38,359 nucleotides of DNA, taken from assembly GCA_964526365.1 (NCBI GenBank), contig CAZGLB010000002.1:1-38359 (forward strand). The letters run 5' to 3'. Source of the DNA: an uncultured archaeon (GTDB lineage Archaea > Iainarchaeota > Iainarchaeia > Iainarchaeales > CSSED10-239). Made by a program: the position numbers and the translations under genes. Numbering within the stretch: position 1 is the first letter of the stretch; each line of letters starts with the position of its first letter. This document shows, piece by piece, positions 1 through 8,844 of the stretch. The notes beneath the pieces are model-generated. The model did no database searches and was not told where the DNA came from. It worked only from the letters and a program-made list of their open reading frames with translations.

Positions 1-775
1 CAAGAAATTTCTCAAAGACTTTTTGCTCTTTATAGATTATTGAGTTTTCAAAAAATCTTGAAACTTCTGCTTTAGAGAATAGCTCATTTATTGAAGACTT
101 TGAAGTGTTTGAAAGATTTAAAACTAACAATCTTTGTTTTTGATTCTTTTGCTTAATGTAGTCTGATAATTTTGTTTTTGTTGCGCCAGGGCCAGCAATA
201 ATCATCTGACAATCATATCTTGAAACAATAGAAAATATTTCTAAAAAGAAATCAGAAAAATCAAAATCACTAGAATATCTTTTACCTGTCTTTCCGGAAT
301 CAATAACCGAAATATCGTTTGTACCAATATTTGTTAATTCAAAGATGCTGGCTTTCTCGTCATCAAGAGCAACAAGAAGAATGGAATCAGAAAAGGACGC
401 ATTTTTATTCTTTAATAACTCAAGTTGATGAGAGAAGAATTGTGGCTTGTTTAAAGTATAGGTTTTATTTAATTGTATCTCAAGAGTGTGATGTTCTCCA
501 AGAGGCGCTAAGTCTTGTGGCTTACTATCAATTATCTTTCCTGTAAATCTTAAAGAATTAAGCTCTTTAGAAAAATCAAACTTCTCAATTGAGATAGAAA
601 CAAACACTGGCTTTCTTGTAGATATCAAATCCTCTTCATTACCTCGTATTCGCCTATAAGAAGAACCAGAGATGGTGTCTCCATTATCAGTAATTGATTT
701 GATTATCCATAAATCCTCAAGAGTCTGAGGAATAAACGTAACTTTTCCGTCCTTATGTAAAGATAGAATATTCAT
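1..775 (-). CDS. pelA: mRNA surveillance protein Pelota (aDom34), N-terminal about 258 codons; the 3' end lies beyond the left edge
   Basis: Absent from the ORF track because no stop lies inside the window. My hand translation of the reverse strand from ATG 775-773 gives MNILSLHKDGKVTFIPQTLEDLWIIKSITDNGDTISGSSYRRIRGNEEDLISTRKPVF... This fits the Pelota N-terminal pattern (PE..DDLW..YN.I..GD.V...T.R). No minus-strand ORF of 60 aa or more is listed for 1-786, which is consistent with a frame open to the edge. Confidence 0.75.
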   Translation of the reverse strand, partial: MNILSLHKDGKVTFIPQTLEDLWIIKSITDNGDTISGSSYRRIRGNEEDLISTRKPVFVSISIEKFDFSKELNSLRFTGKIIDSKPQDLAPLGEHHTLEIQLNKTYTLNKPQFFSHQLELLKNKNASFSDSILLVALDDEKASIFELTNIGTNDISVIDSGKTGKRYSSDFDFSDFFLEIFSIVSRYDCQMIIAGPGATKTKLSDYIKQKNQKQRLLVLNLSNTSKSSINELFSKAEVSRFFENSIIYKEQKVFEKFL

Positions 776-786
776 AAGTGCTCAAT

Positions 787-1299
787 TTATATTTTTAGAT
801 AATACTCTGGATAAGGTATGCGTCTTGCTTCTAGAGTTTTAAGCTCATTTTCTTTTAAAAGTGCAATATATTTTTTTTCTGCTTTAGGGTTTACTGCAAT
901 AAATCCCAGCTCATTTTTTATAAACGTATTTTTAGCAAATATCCATGTATTACAAAAAACAAATTTACTGCCTGCGCTTTTTGCTATATCTTTAATTGTA
1001 AATACCGCTAACTTCATTTCATTTAAATTAGGCATTTTTGAATAATTATTAAAATTTGTAATATAAAAATGCTTCCCGATTCTTGAATATTTCATAGTGT
1101 AGTTGCCTATTTCAAAAGACCCTTGAAAGATATTTGTTTTTTTTATATCAATATTTTCTGGTAGTACTCTGCCATGTGATTTTTTAGTTTTACCATCAAT
1201 TGTGATTTCGCCTTTAATCTTACCAATATTTTTTGGTTTTGCTGCTGGCGTTATTGGCTTAGGCTTTCTAAAAATCTTAATTACTGATTTTAAACCCAT
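787..1299 (-). CDS. hypothetical protein (170 aa), basic Pro/Lys-rich N-terminus
   Basis: Long ORF packed 11 nt from pelota and 13 nt from gpmI on the same strand. I recognise no family. Confidence 0.5.
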   Translation of the reverse strand: MGLKSVIKIFRKPKPITPAAKPKNIGKIKGEITIDGKTKKSHGRVLPENIDIKKTNIFQGSFEIGNYTMKYSRIGKHFYITNFNNYSKMPNLNEMKLAVFTIKDIAKSAGSKFVFCNTWIFAKNTFIKNELGFIAVNPKAEKKYIALLKENELKTLEARRIPYPEYYLKI

Positions 1300-1312
1300 A
1301 AATCATCATATT

Positions 1313-2851
1313 TTAATAATCTAATAAATCCTCAGACATGTGTTCTGGAACTTTCTCTTCAAGAAGCTTAAGAATGGTTGGAGTGATGTTTGCAATTGAA
1401 CAATTTGTATCTTCTCTTAATTTGTGTTCTTTATTTGAGATTAAGATAAATGGAACTTTATTAAGGCTGTGGCAAGTTACTTTGTGCTCTTTTGTTAACA
1501 TCTCTTCGCAGTTGCCGTGATCTGCAGTTATTATTATTGTTGTGTTCTCAAGATTTACTCTTTTTATAATCTGCTCAAGACAAGAATCAACAGTCTCTAA
1601 GGCTTTAATAGTTGCGTCAATGCTACCGGTGTGCCCCACCATGTCTCCGTTTGCGAAATTAACAACTGTTAATTTGTAGTCTTTATTTAATGTCTCTAGA
1701 AGCTTTTGAGTAATAATTTTTGCAGACATCTCTGGCTTTAAATCATAGGTTGCAACACTTGGAGATGGCACAAGGATTCTATCCTCTTTCTTGTAAGGGT
1801 GTTCTTCTCCAAGATTGAAAAAATAAGTAACATGCGCGTACTTCTCGGTTTCTGCAATCCTTAACTGCCTGTAACCAAGCTCAGAGATAATTTTCCCTAA
1901 ACCTGCTTTTTGCTTCTCTGGTGGGAATAACACTTTTACGTTCTTAAACTTTGAATCGTATTCTGTAAAGCTTAAAAAATTAAGACTTAGTTTCTTTGTT
2001 TGGAATTTATCAAAAGACTTGTCCATTAGCATATTTGTAAACTCTCTTGCTCTATCGCTTCTAAAATTAAAGAAGACCACGGTATCGTTATTTTTTATTA
2101 AACCATTTTCATTAAACAATACTGGAGGCAAGAACTCGTCAGTTATTTCTTTTGAATGACAATACTCGATATAGCTTAAAGGATCAGTTGATCTTTCACC
2201 AATACCATTAACTATTAAGTTATATAATTTCTTTTGCCTATCCCAACGATTATCTCTGTCCATGCCATAATATCTACCACAGATACTTGCAATATTTATT
2301 TTTCTGTTACTTGCCATTCTTTTTTGAAGCTCTTCTACAAATATTTTTGAAGACTTTGGGTCTGTGTCTCTGCCGTCAGTAAACATGTGTAGATAAATTT
2401 GTGAAAGATTTGGATGTTTATTGATTACTTCAAGTAAAGCAAACAAATGAGCAATAGAAGAATGCACTCCTCCGTCGCTTAATAGCCCAACAACATGAAG
2501 AGCCTGAAAGCCTTTTATTTTCTGTAATTCGGTGTTTAGAATTGGATTTCTATAAAACTCTCCTGTTGCTATTGCTTTATCAATTTTTACAATTTCTGAA
2601 TCAATTATTCTTCCTGCGCCAATTGTAAAATGCCCAACCTCTGAAGAACCCATCTGCTTTTTTGGAAGACCAACATATTCTTCGCTTGCGCCAAGTTGCA
2701 TGTTTGGATAGTTTGCTTTTAGGGCATTAAAGGTCTGCATGTTTGCAAGAGACATGGCATTCCCTGGCCCTGATTTTGCTATTCCAACACCATCAAGTAT
2801 TATCAATAATAATTTATTTTTGTTTTGTTTTCTTTTTTTTAGTCCGAACAT
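1313..2851 (-). CDS. gpmI: 2,3-bisphosphoglycerate-independent phosphoglycerate mutase, bacterial/plant GpmI type
   Basis: 512 aa. The N-terminus LLLIILDGVGIAKSGPGNA...QLGASEEYVGLPKKQMGSSEVGHFTIGAGRII matches the iPGM signature (ILDGWG..GNA...ASG..VGLP.GQMGNSEVGH.NIGAGR). C-terminal metal-site motifs NFANGDMVGHTG and ITADHGN are present. Confidence 0.9.
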   Translation of the reverse strand: MFGLKKRKQNKNKLLLIILDGVGIAKSGPGNAMSLANMQTFNALKANYPNMQLGASEEYVGLPKKQMGSSEVGHFTIGAGRIIDSEIVKIDKAIATGEFYRNPILNTELQKIKGFQALHVVGLLSDGGVHSSIAHLFALLEVINKHPNLSQIYLHMFTDGRDTDPKSSKIFVEELQKRMASNRKINIASICGRYYGMDRDNRWDRQKKLYNLIVNGIGERSTDPLSYIEYCHSKEITDEFLPPVLFNENGLIKNNDTVVFFNFRSDRAREFTNMLMDKSFDKFQTKKLSLNFLSFTEYDSKFKNVKVLFPPEKQKAGLGKIISELGYRQLRIAETEKYAHVTYFFNLGEEHPYKKEDRILVPSPSVATYDLKPEMSAKIITQKLLETLNKDYKLTVVNFANGDMVGHTGSIDATIKALETVDSCLEQIIKRVNLENTTIIITADHGNCEEMLTKEHKVTCHSLNKVPFILISNKEHKLREDTNCSIANITPTILKLLEEKVPEHMSEDLLDY

Positions 2852-2858
2852 ATTGTAA

Positions 2859-3851
2859 TCATTTTTTTGTTTTTAATAATTGTAACGGGTGTTTTACCTT
2901 ACAATCAAAGACACATAAATCATTTGACTTTAAGGTCTCACAGTTTGCTATAGAATATTTCTTTTCGAGAATCTTTTTAATCTGATAGCCTGCAATTCTT
3001 TCATCAAAGTTTGGTGCGTGCTTGTACATATTTATTATGTCTTCATAGTTGTAGCCAACACCTGAAAGAAAGACTGCAAGATGATAGTTGCCAATATGCG
3101 ATAGCTTCTTTCCGGATAACAGATCATTATATAACTTATCAAAGCAGGGCGGAAAATCCGTATTTGAAAGCTTTCCTGAAAACCTATAATCAAAATCCTC
3201 TCTTGCTTTTTGCGAGTATTGAAATTTCTTTTTTATTTCTTCAGAAATTTCTAAATAAATTTTTGGCAATTCTTTTTTATTTATTTCTGTGGTTCTTAGT
3301 ATTCTTTTTTTTAGAACAACTGCCAAAAATTCAAGCAACTGCTCTTTATTAATAAAGAAGATATTTCCTTCTTTAAGATTTGTATATTGCAGCTTATAGT
3401 CTTCTCCTAGATCTAAAGTTAATAAATCAATTAACGCCACATAGTATTGCTCTTTTTTAGAATCAAACTTAATGCTTGGACAAATATCTGTTGCCAAGGA
3501 GTTTATGACTTCTGCGTTTGTTTCCTTTTTAGAAAAATAAATAAATCTCTTTTGATAATAGTTTGCAAAGCTTTGAAGTAAAGGCGTGTTATCAATTATT
3601 GAAAGAATAATCTTTGATAACGGATAAATCATAACATAGCTTGAAGCAATAATCTCATCATCAATTTTAGAAATGTTAAACCAATATTTCTCTTGAATCT
3701 TGTACTCTTGATTAATTTCTTCAATTAGAAATTTTCTAACCTTTTCAAGAACTATTGGCTCCACTGATAGCAAGTCAATTCTCTTATTTGAAAGATATTC
3801 TTTTGCTTTATTTGAGAACGGAAACTTTAGAAGATAATTGTAATCTTGCAT
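2859..3851 (-). CDS. priL: DNA primase large (regulatory) subunit PriL
   Basis: 330 aa. The C-terminal Fe-S region has FPPCF..., NYHLAVFLSGVGYNYEDIINMY and CETLKSNDLCVFDCKVKHPL, as expected for archaeal/eukaryotic PriL. A TTTTATATA element sits about 21-29 nt upstream of the ATG. Confidence 0.85.
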   Translation of the reverse strand: MQDYNYLLKFPFSNKAKEYLSNKRIDLLSVEPIVLEKVRKFLIEEINQEYKIQEKYWFNISKIDDEIIASSYVMIYPLSKIILSIIDNTPLLQSFANYYQKRFIYFSKKETNAEVINSLATDICPSIKFDSKKEQYYVALIDLLTLDLGEDYKLQYTNLKEGNIFFINKEQLLEFLAVVLKKRILRTTEINKKELPKIYLEISEEIKKKFQYSQKAREDFDYRFSGKLSNTDFPPCFDKLYNDLLSGKKLSHIGNYHLAVFLSGVGYNYEDIINMYKHAPNFDERIAGYQIKKILEKKYSIANCETLKSNDLCVFDCKVKHPLQLLKTKK

Positions 3852-3883
3852 AAATATATTTATGTAAGTAAAAATATATAAAA

Positions 3884-4753
3884 CTACAAGAAATAACTAG
3901 CCTCAATTAACGCGCCAATCAATAAAAAGAACAACGAAGCTATTGTTAGTAATAGTAAATCTTTAATTATTACGCCCCTAAACTCTGTAGTAAATAGGCC
4001 TTTCATTAAGTCCCTTGCAAGCATTGCACCAGCAAAACTTATGGTGATGTAAGCAAGCATCTCTGGAAGACCGTGAGGGATATAACCGATAATTGTTATT
4101 AGGGCTCTTCCTATGCCTTCAATTGCAGAGCCAAAACCAGCCACGCCGCCCATACTGATTAGTATGTCGTTTGAAATAACTGTAGCAATAATTGAAGCAT
4201 TAAAAGCAATTAAATAGATTGCGCCAGCACCATAGAAAAACGAAAGAATAGCAGCAATTAATACCACTCCTAGATTATTCATAAAAACTAAATTGAATAC
4301 ATATGCAAAGGTATTTTCTGGTTTTGTTTTTGTACCAGTAACTTGGCCTACAATCTCGTTTCTTGTATTTTCAATACCTTCCATTTCTGAGAACTGTGTT
4401 GCAAATAATTCTTCTCTTGTGTCTTGATTAACAACAAAGAAGACGAAAGTAAATGCCACAAAAACACCTAAAGAAACATACAGGATCTGAAGCATCAAGG
4501 TCTTGTGCCTTTGAAAGAAACCTTCTGAATAGTTATATAAATAAGAATTATATGAAAAAAGTTTTGCAAAGATTGGCATTAATCCGATTGTAATAAACGC
4601 CAAGATGCCTATACTTATATAATCACTTGGAAAAATAAACTTTGCAAGAAACACAGAAAGCACAGTTATTAATATTGCATCAAGAAAGATAATGCTTGGA
4701 TGTTTAATTATCCTTTGAGTGCTACATACAAATTCTAATACCATTATTTTCAC
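3884..4753 (-). CDS. polytopic membrane protein, SpoIIM-like (DUF95) family
   Basis: 289 aa with multiple hydrophobic spans. The motif IPHGLPEMLAYITISFAGAML resembles the HG(I/L)(F/P)E..A signature of the SpoIIM family. This assignment is from memory. Confidence 0.55.
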   Translation of the reverse strand: MKIMVLEFVCSTQRIIKHPSIIFLDAILITVLSVFLAKFIFPSDYISIGILAFITIGLMPIFAKLFSYNSYLYNYSEGFFQRHKTLMLQILYVSLGVFVAFTFVFFVVNQDTREELFATQFSEMEGIENTRNEIVGQVTGTKTKPENTFAYVFNLVFMNNLGVVLIAAILSFFYGAGAIYLIAFNASIIATVISNDILISMGGVAGFGSAIEGIGRALITIIGYIPHGLPEMLAYITISFAGAMLARDLMKGLFTTEFRGVIIKDLLLLTIASLFFLLIGALIEASYFL

Positions 4754-4840
4754 ATTCCTAAAAGAATATTTAAACCAACAATATATAAATGTTTTTTTAT
4801 ATAAATATATTGTAGAGAGACATTAAAAACAGACTAATTT

Positions 4841-5275
4841 GTGATATTTGTGAGTAATTTAGAATTAAGTACTATCCTATCTAATATTAGACAGAAAGAA
4901 AAAATAAAAACTGGAGATATTGTTATAGGGCAGATTGTAGTTGTTAAAGACAACATGGTGGTTGTAGAGATTGTTAATGCTGGTAATAGCGTATTATCTC
5001 CTGCAGACATGGGGGTTTTATTTGTTAAAAACATTGACACTAAATTTGTAGAATCCACAAGCGATTGCTTTTCTAAAGGAGATGTAATTAAAGCAAAGAT
5101 TATGGAGGTCGGGCCTTATGAATATAAGCTTGTAACTAATAGCCAAGACCTTGGAGTAATTAGAACAATCTGTAAAAGATGTAAAAACGCAATTGGCGCT
5201 TCTCCAAATGAAGAAGTAACCTGCCAGTGCGGAAATACAATTAAAAAAAAATTTGCAAAAAATGGTGATCTTTAA
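4841..5275 (+). CDS. csl4: Csl4-like RNA-binding protein (S1 domain plus Zn-ribbon), short form
   Basis: S1-like core GDIVIGQIVVVKDNMVVVEI...GDVIKAKIMEV followed by a ribbon CKRCKN...CQCGN. The ORF must start at GTG (4841 or 4850), because no in-frame ATG precedes the S1 domain. It lies directly upstream of rpoL. Confidence 0.6.
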   Translation: MIFVSNLELSTILSNIRQKEKIKTGDIVIGQIVVVKDNMVVVEIVNAGNSVLSPADMGVLFVKNIDTKFVESTSDCFSKGDVIKAKIMEVGPYEYKLVTNSQDLGVIRTICKRCKNAIGASPNEEVTCQCGNTIKKKFAKNGDL

Positions 5276-5276
5276 A

Positions 5277-5558
5277 ATGGATATAGAATTTATAAATAAA
5301 GGCAAAAACGAAATAGAGTTTATGATTAAAGACGAAGACTCTTCTTTTTTTGATTTGATTATTGATATTGCTTCTGGGAAAAAAGACGTAGAGTTTGTTT
5401 CTAAGAAAGAAGAAGATAATCTAACAGGTAATTTCATAATATATCTTAGAACAAGAGACAAAGCAGCAAAAGACGTTTTACTGGATTGTGTTTCGGAAGC
5501 TGAAGAAAAATTTTCTGGAATGCTTAAAAATCTTGAAAAGGCAGTAAGCAAAAAATGA
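5277..5558 (+). CDS. rpoL: DNA-directed RNA polymerase subunit L (Rpo11)
   Basis: MDIEFINKGKNEIEFMIKDEDSSFFDLIIDIASGKKDVEFVS...FIIYLRTRDKAAKDVLLDCVSEA aligns position by position with the archaeal RpoL pattern (..LEL.I.GEDHTL.NL......V.FA.Y...HPL.....I.I.T.....P.DAL..A). ATG 5277 follows the csl4 stop at 5273-5275. Confidence 0.8.
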   Translation: MDIEFINKGKNEIEFMIKDEDSSFFDLIIDIASGKKDVEFVSKKEEDNLTGNFIIYLRTRDKAAKDVLLDCVSEAEEKFSGMLKNLEKAVSKK

Positions 5559-6295
5559 AGAATAAAAGAAAGAAAATACAGAAAAGTAAAAGCTTCTGGT
5601 ATTATCTTGATCCTTTCAACTATTTGGATATGGCTTTAGAGAAATGGATTGGTAAACCTGATGGCTTTTGGAAATCAACTATTTATTGGATATGCTATAT
5701 AGGCCTTGCTTTCTTTCTTGCAATTGCAATATATAATCTTCTTGGCTGGATACTTGGAGTTTCTATGCCTATGGCTATTGTCTATAGTGCATCAATGGAA
5801 CCAAGTTTACACAGAGGAGACATTGTAATTCTAACTAAAGCAAATAACCTTAAAGTTGAAGAAATAACCATTAACCAAAATATTTCCAATAAAGATTTAG
5901 AAGAATTTGCAGACGTTAGTTATTATTTAAATGAATACGGCTTAGAAGAGGCAGAATATCTAACAATTGGAGATAAAAACATCTCTCTATTAAGTACAAT
6001 CAATAATAAAAACAGCGTAATTGTGTATCCTTCAAATGTTTCAGGAAAAGATATAATACATAGAGCAATTGTTAAAATAAATGCAAACGACGGAGTTTTT
6101 CTATTAACAAAAGGAGACAACCATAAGACAAACACCTATATAGACCAAGATTGTGGAGTCGATATTGTTGATGGAGAGATTACTATAGAAAAACCATGTC
6201 TTAATCTTTGTCCGATTAAGGAAAAAGACCTAAAAGGCAAGAAACTTGGAAAAATACCATATATAGGATATATTAAATTAGTTTTGTTTCAATAA
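5555..6295 (+). CDS. signal peptidase I, archaeal/Sec11 (S26B) type
   Basis: TM anchor, then VYSASMEPSLHRGDIVIL (catalytic Ser box), IIHRAIV (His box) and TKGDNHKTN (GDN box). ATGA overlap with the rpoL stop. Confidence 0.8.
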   Translation: MKNKRKKIQKSKSFWYYLDPFNYLDMALEKWIGKPDGFWKSTIYWICYIGLAFFLAIAIYNLLGWILGVSMPMAIVYSASMEPSLHRGDIVILTKANNLKVEEITINQNISNKDLEEFADVSYYLNEYGLEEAEYLTIGDKNISLLSTINNKNSVIVYPSNVSGKDIIHRAIVKINANDGVFLLTKGDNHKTNTYIDQDCGVDIVDGEITIEKPCLNLCPIKEKDLKGKKLGKIPYIGYIKLVLFQ

Positions 6296-6311
6296 TATAT
6301 GAGGTGGGATT

Positions 6312-7061
6312 ATGATAAGATTAGTAATAAAGGACGCAAAGGAATTTTATAAATGTATTGATGCTATTGGAGTACTTATTAACGAAGGACTATTTACTAT
6401 TGATAAAGACAAGTTTTATTTAAGAGCAACAGACCCAAGCCAAATAAGTCTTGTTGATTTTGTAATGCCAAAAAGCGCATTTGAAGAATTTATTGTAGAT
6501 ATTGGCCCAGAATCAGCAAACAAAGTCTCGTTTGGAATTAATATTAATAATCTTTTACAGATTCTTGCACACTCAAATGCAGACGATAAACTTTCTATAG
6601 AAATTAAAGAAGGAAAGCCAAGCATTCAATTAGAATTTATTGGTAAATCCAAAAGATCATTTACAATTCCTTTAATTGATGTCTCAGACCAGCAACACCC
6701 ACTTCCACAGATACAGTTTGATGTTACTGTACAGGTTGGTTCTGATCAATTGCTTTCAGGAATCAAAGATGCTGCACTTTTTAGTTCACATATCTCTTTA
6801 AAAGTTGCAGACGAAAAATTCATTCTAGAAACCCAAAGCAGTAAAGGAAAGTTCAAGCAAGAAGTTGAAGCAGGAGATATTGTTATCTCTGGAAATAAAG
6901 CAAGAGCAATGTTTCCATTAGACTATTTGCAGAACATGATAAAGAATGCAAAGACCACAATTACTTTAAAACTTAAAGACGATATGCCAATCGAACTAAA
7001 CTACACAATTGGAACTGCAGCAATCAGATACTATTTGGCACCAAGAGTAGATAATGAATAG
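6312..7061 (+). CDS. pcn: DNA polymerase sliding clamp PCNA
   Basis: 249 aa. The start (IRLVIKDAKEFYKCIDAIGVLINEGLFTIDKDKFYLRATDPSQISLVDF) and the C-terminal RYYLAPRVDNE are typical of PCNA. Confidence 0.9.
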   Translation: MIRLVIKDAKEFYKCIDAIGVLINEGLFTIDKDKFYLRATDPSQISLVDFVMPKSAFEEFIVDIGPESANKVSFGININNLLQILAHSNADDKLSIEIKEGKPSIQLEFIGKSKRSFTIPLIDVSDQQHPLPQIQFDVTVQVGSDQLLSGIKDAALFSSHISLKVADEKFILETQSSKGKFKQEVEAGDIVISGNKARAMFPLDYLQNMIKNAKTTITLKLKDDMPIELNYTIGTAAIRYYLAPRVDNE

Positions 7062-7087
7062 ATTTCATTATCTTTTTTTCTATTTCT

Positions 7088-7570
7088 TTAAAATTTCATA
7101 TTATATTTAAGAAACACATGCGCTTTTATTTGTCTTAAGGTATTAACTCTATCTTCAAAAGATTTTGTGGCGTTTAGTAATTTTATGACCTCTGTATTCA
7201 TTTTATGTCTCTCCATTAAATCTCTACCATAAACAAGTGCAGAATCTACATATATTTCAGAAAGCTTTCCTTCATAACCATAATATTTATCAAAAGCTTC
7301 AAGAAGTTTACCTTGAATTTTTAAATTTTCTTTAAGAAGTTTGTGCTTTGCGTTATTCATGTCTATTTTGGTCTTATATTCTGATACCTTGTTATGTTTA
7401 TTTAACAAATCTCTTTTTAGTTCAATAATTTGAGAAATTAGTTCCTTTCTATTGTCTTCTAATTTAATATTTTTCTTAATCTCCGTGCCTCTTTTGTAAG
7501 CATGAGTTTCTCTTGCTTTCTCTCTTGCTCTTACTAAATGTATGCCTGTTGGTTTTATTGGTTTTAACAT
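7088..7570 (-). CDS. hypothetical basic coiled-coil protein (160 aa), probably co-transcribed with orc1/cdc6-1
   Basis: ORF begins 17 nt downstream of the cdc6-1 stop on the same strand. Lys/Glu-rich with heptad-like segments. I recognise no family. Confidence 0.5.
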   Translation of the reverse strand: MLKPIKPTGIHLVRAREKARETHAYKRGTEIKKNIKLEDNRKELISQIIELKRDLLNKHNKVSEYKTKIDMNNAKHKLLKENLKIQGKLLEAFDKYYGYEGKLSEIYVDSALVYGRDLMERHKMNTEVIKLLNATKSFEDRVNTLRQIKAHVFLKYNMKF

Positions 7571-7587
7571 ATTTATTCTCTCCTTTT

Positions 7588-8739
7588 TTATTTTAATAAC
7601 TCTTTACTAAAGGTTAATTCTAGTTTTCTAGTTTTGCCTTTCTGAGAAATATTGTCTGTGGATTTGATTAGACCAATATTTTCAAGATTATCTAAATAAC
7701 GCCTTATTGTTCTATCTGAATCTTTTGAAAAATGTTTATAGAGAGCACCGCTATCTATGCCTTTTTCAGGAATTGCATTTAAGATTTCTTTTTCTTTTGA
7801 TTCTATATAGTTTAGCTTTTCAGAGAGCTTAACTGAATCTATGAATTTTACAGAATCTTGTATAGTCTCTTTATCAATCTTAATTGCGCCTTTCTTCTCA
7901 CAAGCCTTTGCGGACTTATAAAGGGCATCAATTGCTATTCTTGCGTCTCCGCCATTCTTTGCGCCATAGCCTGTGATATAACCTATCAGGTCTTCAGAAA
8001 TTGCATTTGGTATCAGACCATATTCTATTCTTTCCTTTAGTATTTCTTTTAGCTCTTGAGGAGAATATCTTTTAAATTCAATTTCTGTTAGAAATAAAGA
8101 GCTTTGAACTCTTGGGTCTAAAGTAAAAATAAACTCTCTGTGGTTTGTAATTAGAATTAAAGCGAAATATTTCTTTGAAACCTCAAGCCTTGAAAGATCA
8201 TAAAGTATAGTTGAACTTTCAGATTTCTCTAGCTTATCTACTTCATCAATTATTACTACCGGAATAAAATCAAACTTATTCATTTCTTCCTTTGTTCTGC
8301 TTATTAGTTCGTCAATACCTAAGCCTCTTCTTGGAAGCGGAGAATTGTATAAAGATAAGAGTTTTGAATATACTGAAAACCTTGTATTGTCTTCTATTGC
8401 ATTAATGTATATTGCTCTTGCTTTTTGAGTATACTCTGATAACTGCTTTGTAACAAACTTTGAGATAAGAGTCTTGCCTGTGCCTGGAGGACCAAACAAC
8501 AAGAGATTTCTGGCTTTCCGATTCTCAGAAATCGGTTTAAGATTATAGCTTAGCTCTTGTATTTCTTTATCTCTGGATTTTATGTCTTCTGGAAAATAAC
8601 TAGGATAAAACACGCTTTCATCTTTGAAGATACTTATAATTGAAGCAGTAGGCTCCTTTGTAAAGATGTTTTTCTTCAAAGCTTTATCACAATTGTTAAT
8701 TACAATATATTTATTGTAGATAGAGGTATTTAAAAACAT
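7588..8739 (-). CDS. cdc6: Orc1/Cdc6 replication initiator, copy 1
   Basis: 383 aa. Walker A LLLFGPPGTGKT, Walker B VVIIDEVDKL, sensor region ILITNH, GDARIAIDAL, and a C-terminal winged helix (RTIRRYLDNLENIGLIK). Confidence 0.9.
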   Translation of the reverse strand: MFLNTSIYNKYIVINNCDKALKKNIFTKEPTASIISIFKDESVFYPSYFPEDIKSRDKEIQELSYNLKPISENRKARNLLLFGPPGTGKTLISKFVTKQLSEYTQKARAIYINAIEDNTRFSVYSKLLSLYNSPLPRRGLGIDELISRTKEEMNKFDFIPVVIIDEVDKLEKSESSTILYDLSRLEVSKKYFALILITNHREFIFTLDPRVQSSLFLTEIEFKRYSPQELKEILKERIEYGLIPNAISEDLIGYITGYGAKNGGDARIAIDALYKSAKACEKKGAIKIDKETIQDSVKFIDSVKLSEKLNYIESKEKEILNAIPEKGIDSGALYKHFSKDSDRTIRRYLDNLENIGLIKSTDNISQKGKTRKLELTFSKELLK

Positions 8740-8844
8740 TTGTCAAAATTTTTGTAAATTTTATTTAAAGCATAGGGGATATGCAAAAATCACAAAAAAA
8801 CAAGACTGCTGGTTAAATAAAGCAAGAAAAACAAAAGGTATTTA

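Noticed and set aside
319-546. A 75-aa plus-strand ORF near the left edge.
   Set aside because: It is antisense to the clearly Pelota-like reverse-strand frame that stays open from 775 to the window edge, and it has no motif.
5018-5551. A 177-aa minus-strand ORF antisense to csl4 and rpoL. Similar long shadow ORFs lie at 26777-27166 (-), 35892-36203 (-), 3011-3352 (+), 11439-11744 (-), 32880-33227 (+) and 8790-9071 (-).
   Set aside because: Each lies fully inside a gene with a strong family signature on the other strand. Their translations are low-complexity (Phe/Ser/Leu/Ile-rich), as expected for the reverse complement of Lys/Glu/Asn-rich AT-biased coding sequence. None has a recognisable motif or plausible start-site signals.
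8740-8844. A possible replication origin with ORB boxes upstream of cdc6-1. I also examined 22986-23067 and 21704-21770 around cdc6-2.
   Set aside because: The spacers are only 67-105 nt. I found no inverted ORB or mini-ORB-like repeats and no repeated boxes beyond a weak 11-12-nt AT-rich duplication. This is not enough to call an origin from sequence alone.
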